64,000 bases of DNA, from NCBI RefSeq assembly GCF_009914755.1, contig NC_060926.1. One strand, written 5' to 3'. This stretch comes from the human T2T-CHM13v2.0 reference genome, Homo sapiens. Below the pieces are notes generated by a model. It was not told where the DNA came from. It ran no database searches and saw nothing but the letters and a program-made list of their open reading frames with translations. The position numbers and the translations under genes are program-made. Shown one piece after another: positions 58,600 to 64,000 of the stretch; the stretch's first letter is position 1, and each line of letters begins with the position of its first letter.

Positions 58600-61260
58600 A
58601 GGACATTTGCTGACCTTGAAGAAGAACCAAGGGGGAGTCCTGCTCTCAGTATTAGAAGTAATTTCCTAACAAACCAGTATCTCACAGGTAAAAACTGCAA
58701 AATTTGGGCAAAACATGACCATCTGGAAAAGAAAAGCTGGCCAATTTTGAAGAAAACTCAAAACCTAAAGAAAACTGTGGCCTGGGTGAGTTTCCTGTTT
58801 TGAGAGCTTTAAACTGAAGCTAGTGACCCACAAAAAAAGTTCAATAGAATGTCTTACATTATTCCGGCTGGGAAACAAACAAACAAAGAAGGAATGAGCT
58901 ATATAGCCAGAGCTGCCAGTGAGTCGGGGAATTTCGGAGAGGAGAGAGAATGATCCACAAAGAGAGAAGGGGTCTAAAATTTCTGTGTATAAATTCTGTT
59001 CATATTTCTGGCCCACCTGTGAAGCATGCATTTATAGAGTAAGTTGAGAACAATCTGGAACAAGGTTTGATATGCTGTCCATGGGCAGGCGGGGCAGAGT
59101 TTTTGGTTTGAGTCTAACCACATTAGTTTTTTTCTAAAGCAAAAACCCTCTTTGGAGGATGGTAACAGTGTCTAGATCTCTACAACAAAACCTTCATTAT
59201 ATCCAGGATGTTACGGACAACTTCGTGCAAACAAATTGGAAAATTTAGACAAATGAATAAACCCCTAGGAAAACTCTTACTTAGCTGATATCAAAAATTA
59301 TGAATTTATATGAAGTATGATATTAACACAAGGATAGAAAAAATGGAAGAATGAAAGTGGAGACAGAGCCAAGAAACACACATCTTTGTGTATATCAACA
59401 CTGGATTTACAAAAAAGGTGTTACTAAAGACTGTGAGGGTAGGGAATGAAATTGAGCCCTATCTCACAGAATAGTCATCTTGACATCGGCATATGCCTAA
59501 GTGTGAGATGAAAAACTATAATGTTTTTTAAGCATAATATAGAAAAATAGCGTATTACTTTGTATATGCCGTTCCCTTTAATCAAGGCAAAAGTAACCAC
59601 TGTATTAGTCAGGGTTCTCTAAAGGGACAGAACTAATAGGATAGATGAATATTTGAAGGGGAGTTTATTAAGAGAATTGACTCACATGATCACAACATGA
59701 AGTCCCACAATAGGCCGTCTGTAAGCTGAGGAGACAGCAAGCCAGTCTGAGTCCCTAAACCACAAAAGTAGGCAAGCCGATAGTACAGCTTTCAGTCTGT
59801 AACTGAAGGCCCCTGGCAAATCACTGGTGTAAGTCTAAGGGCCCAAAAGCTGAAGAACTTGGAGTATGATGTTCAAGGGCAGGAAGCATCCAGTATGGCA
59901 GAAAGATGAAGGCTGGAAGACTCAAACTTCTAGTCCTTCCACATTCCTCTGCCTGCTTTTATTCTAGCCACCCTGGCAGCTGATCAGATAGTACCCACCC
60001 AGATGGAGGGTGGGTTTGTCTCTCCCAGTCCACTGACTCAAATGTCAATCTCCTTTGGCCACACCCTCACTGACACACCCAGGAACAATAGTTTGCATCC
60101 TTCAAAGTTGACACTCAGTACTATCACAACCACTAAGCAAGCAAGAAAAGGCTGATAAATTTAACTACATTAAAATTAAGGATTCCTATTCCTCAAAAGA
60201 TACCATAATATAATAATATAGAAATAAAAATTGAAACCACAATGGAATTCCATTAAATACCAACCAGATTGGCAAACATTTTTAAATTTGACATTATCAA
60301 GGATTGGGTTTTTTTTTCCCATTCAATCCTGCATATGACAAATCAAGTATTGCTGATGATATGAAGCAATGTAGAATTTTTATACACTGTTGAAGGACAT
60401 AAAAATGTATCCAGCCATTTTTGAAAGTATTATATTCTATTCAACATATTTGAAGAGACTGGAAATCCACTTTTGATTGTACCCACTATAGAAGTAGCTG
60501 GAATCTTTTTTAAATAGCCCCAAACTGGAAACAACATAACTTTCGATCTACAGTAGAACAGATAATAATTAATGGTAGGTATATTAATCAGTGGAATACT
60601 ATACAGTAGTTCTATGTAAAATGTCCACTAACTGGCACTGGTACAAGAAATGTTTGATAATGTTCTATGAAGACGTAAGGATCTTGTAACATAATAAAAA
60701 TTACTTCACTTAGCATATTAGGCTTTGTTTTTGTTGCTGTTGTTGGTTTTAGCAAGAATTTCTCAATAAAGATGCAGTACATTAATTTACATTCTTGTAT
60801 GTTCATTTATATTTATCCTGGACTGATAATTTCTGAATCTACTCTGAGTAGCACAGATATACATGACATGGATAACTAATGAACTAGACATAAATACTGT
60901 AATATAATTCTAAAATATGTATTTAGCAAAAAAAAAAAAGCACCAGTAATTCACACTAAGTTTCCCTGTACTTAAAGATCTAAATAGGCAAACTGATCTA
61001 TATTAAGCATATTGACTATAAAAAGATGATTATCTTGAATGTTGGCAAGTTGGTTCTTTATAATGAACATGTTGTACCTATGATCAGGAAAAAAAAACTG
61101 ACAGGAAACTTGGGGTTGCCACTAATATTCTATAGGTTGATTTGTTTGATAGTTACATGGGTTTAAAATTCGTAATTATTTTTAACATTTTAAATGTGTG
61201 CCTTATGCAACTTTATATGTTTGTGGGCTATATCTCACATTAGACAAGATTTGAATAAAG
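58600..61260 (+). mobile_element. Very old L1M(E) fragments (5' region, ORF2 pieces, 3' end), split by MLT2A
   Basis: aacaaattggaaaatttagacaaatgaa, tttaactacattaaaattaag, aatagccccaaactggaaacaac, gatagttacatgggt. Confidence 0.6.
59601..60128 (-). mobile_element. MLT2A (A2-like) ERV-L solo LTR
   Basis: tgtattagtcagggttctct...gttgacactcagtactatcaca, with a perfect 5-bp TSD ACCAC (59596-59600 / 60129-60133). Confidence 0.93.
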
Positions 61261-61649
61261 AAGTTATCTGTGTGTAATGTCCAAACTAAAAAAAATGTTC
61301 CAGGTAAGAGAATAAAGTTGCAAAGAAGACACCTAAAAAAAAAAAAAAAAAAAAGGAGGAAGTTTGTCTCTTTTCCAAATAAAGACCAAAAAAATCCACT
61401 TATCTGAACTGAATAATGATTTTTTAAAAATTAGATGATAACATTAGGATGAAGAATCCCAAATAAAAGGAAATTTGAGATTGTTGCACCAGTAATATAT
61501 ACCCTACAACTGCTGAAAGTAATGAGGTGGTGATTAGATAAAGCTGGGATGATAAAAGGCAGTTACAGAAAGGAGTGAGGACATAATATAGACAGACTTT
61601 AAAGGTCATAGGGAAAAATCTTAGCTAGGTAACTACAGATGATGTAAAA

Positions 61650-61810
61650 AAATGAAGGGAGGGAGGAAGGGAGATAGGGAGAAAGGAAAGGAGGATAGGA
61701 GAAAGGAAAGTAAGAAACAACAAAGAAAGGGAAAGAGGGAGGGAGGAAGGAAAGATAGAAGTAAAAAAGAAGGAAGGAAGAAAAGGAGGAAGGGAGGGAG
61801 GAAGAGAGTA
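61650..61810. repeat. GA-rich (GGAA/GGGA) low-complexity purine tract
   Basis: Seen directly. Confidence 0.9.
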
Positions 61811-62009
61811 ACAATCACCCTCTCCATCACTCCCCAAAAACAAACTCCAATGAGAGGGAAGAAAACAAAAGATAAAATTTACTTAAAAGAAAATTTGGAG
61901 ATCATAGAAAAGGACTAGGAGAAGAATACACTATAATGAGTAGAATAAGTGAATATAAATAAAAAAGACCACCATCTATAAAATCCTAGTGCCAGAAGAA
62001 AGAGAAGTT

Positions 62010-62250
62010 TAGTGGTTCAGGATCTGGATGAGACTGAGACCTCATGTCAGTGGCACCTACTGATCTGGAGTTTCGACAACTGAAAGGAAATGGTGTATTG
62101 CCCCTTGCTCATACCATACAATGGTGAGATGAGGACAGAAGGACTACAATTGACTACGATAGACACACCCGTTCAAAAAGTAAGATAATGGGAAGCATGC
62201 ATCAGTCAGTGATCTAGAACAATTCTGAAACCCAGCTGCAGATGTGATGG
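62010..62250 (-). mobile_element. Isolated MLT1-int fragment
   Basis: catacaatggtg...gatagacacacccgttcaaaaag...caattctgaaacccagc parallels MLT1-int at 28290-28420. Confidence 0.55.
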
Positions 62251-62849
62251 AAGGCCGTGGCTACTCTTTGTCAGAAGAAAGAAGCATGAAATGAGGAACA
62301 GCAGGAGGAGAACAGCTGAAACCTACTGGCACTTCTATGTGTGGCTGAAATTTCCTCTAATCATGATGCCTTTCAGAAAACAGTGGTCCATGGAGCAGTG
62401 CTAGGTATAAAAATCGGAAAAATACTTAGAAAGTTTTATAGTGACTTCATCATCCAAGTGACTGACAAGTGGTGCCCTGTGGTTAACAGGAAAAAGAATT
62501 GTATGGGTGTTATCAAAGCTGTGTGGTAAGTAGCCTGTGCTGGCAAGCACAGTGGAAACATGATACAACACAGGCTATTGTAAGTTTTCGCTGTTATATA
62601 GCTATAAGCAAGATAGTCAATTTATTGTAACTTTCAACTTTTACGATCATTTAAAATTTTCATCAACCCTTTTTTTAAATACTCATTTATAGTTTACATT
62701 ATTGGCTACGTTAGGGAAGTAAATATTGTAATCTTCATTTTAACCCTAATTTGCTTATAGTAAAAAGCTTCAACTTTGAGACTGCAGCAGCAACAGTAAA
62801 CCAAATGATGACGGTAGAAATAACTGTGAAGGCATGAGGATCAAATGAG

Positions 62850-64000
62850 TTCATGCAAGTTTTACTTAAGAGTATGATCTCTCATATATTTATTGTAATT
62901 GATAGTAACACACTAAAACAACATTGAATTATTTGTGAAAATGCAACAACTAATGAGACAATTAACTTCCAAAACTTAAATGGTATTAACATAAAAGACA
63001 TATGGAAATAAGTTCAAAACCAAAGAACTATTTGAAAGACAGATTATTAAAATAAAGTCAACAGAAGCAGATGTTCAATATTTTACATATAAACATTAGT
63101 GCATTGTTGGTTTCTTATAAAGTAGCACTTCGGGTTGCTAAGACTGAAAAAAACAAACAATTACAAACACATTAGTGAAATACCGCATCAAATGTGTTTT
63201 CTTAGAAATGCTGAGGGACTGCTGCAGAGAAGGTAACTCAAGTACCACTTTCCAGTGACATACCATATTTGAACATATTCAGGAACTGAGGATGAGTTAG
63301 AAGAACAAATAAAGCTAGTAAAGTATTTTTTCTGGTAGCTTGATGTGCAAATATTGTTTAAAGGGCACTTCCTTTACTGTAAGAACAATTTAAGTGTGAT
63401 GACTTTATGATGGAAGATTTCATTTTATTTTTTGCTTCATTTTTAACAAACACAATTAGCTCTGCACTCTGTAAAGCTGTGACTGCATGCATTGCCCACA
63501 AATGCAGTTTGAAAGTTAAATTTGGGGCACAAGTATTGTTCAATGACACAGCTGCAGTGTCATGAAACTTTCTGGAGAAGTTATTCAAATTAAGGAGCTT
63601 GCAGCAGAATAGAAAGCAGTACAATGCTTCCCTTATTGAAAAAGTTATGTTTAAATAAATTATAAGCTTCACTAAAGAGTGTGCTTAGTGATGTAGTAAA
63701 ATTGTTAATTATGTAAAGGCTACTGAATTAAATTTGATATTATTTTTCATTAGGTGACAAAACAGAAAGTTATTATAAACTATTATTGCAGGCTGAGTTA
63801 CTAAGGTTATTGAAGGTAAAGAGTGTCAAGTATTTATCCACTAAGCAAAGATCTTATGGTGTTTTTGTCAGATAAGAAACCAATTTGATCTCAACTGTGA
63901 ACAAGATGTAAACAAAGCAGCCAAATGTACTTATCTGTTTGCTTTGTTTATTTTAATAATATTATTGCTTATGCAAGAATGTGATGCAAGTTTTTTTTCA
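62850..64000 (+). mobile_element. Charlie-type hAT DNA transposon, decayed transposase, running off the window end
   Basis: Piecewise translation SALLVSYKVALRVAK, AAEKVTQVPLSSD, SGEVIQIKELAAE, SVLSDVVKIVNYVKA resembles the Charlie/Buster transposase. Stops and frameshifts present. Confidence 0.8.

Noticed and set aside
61599-61918. Several overlapping ORFs (K/G/R-rich or F/L/S/P-rich)
   Set aside because: They are an artefact of the GGAA purine tract, which lacks stop codons.

Overview
Primate (human or ape-like, since AluY is present) AT-rich, CpG-poor genomic DNA with no CpG island and no recognisable protein-coding gene. More than half of the window is layered transposable elements. These include old L1M fragments, younger L1PA insertions (one 5'-inverted by twin priming), about ten Alus, several ERV1 and MLT2 solo LTRs, three two-LTR MaLR proviruses (THE1, MLT1 and MST, all on the minus strand), a 3'-truncated ERV-L provirus with degenerate gag/pol/IN/dUTPase, a MADE1 MITE and a Charlie/hAT transposase remnant. 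The long ORFs in the track are repeat-derived or chance. I found no convincing new biological system. The most notable items are a ~105 bp templated duplication that preserves the pre-insertion state of a TSD-less Alu, the inverted L1 with ~1 kb missing, a long open THE1-int ORF, gain and loss of DUX4-type motifs in LTRs, and a few candidate exons. Subfamily names come from my recall of consensus sequences and need RepeatMasker/Dfam confirmation.
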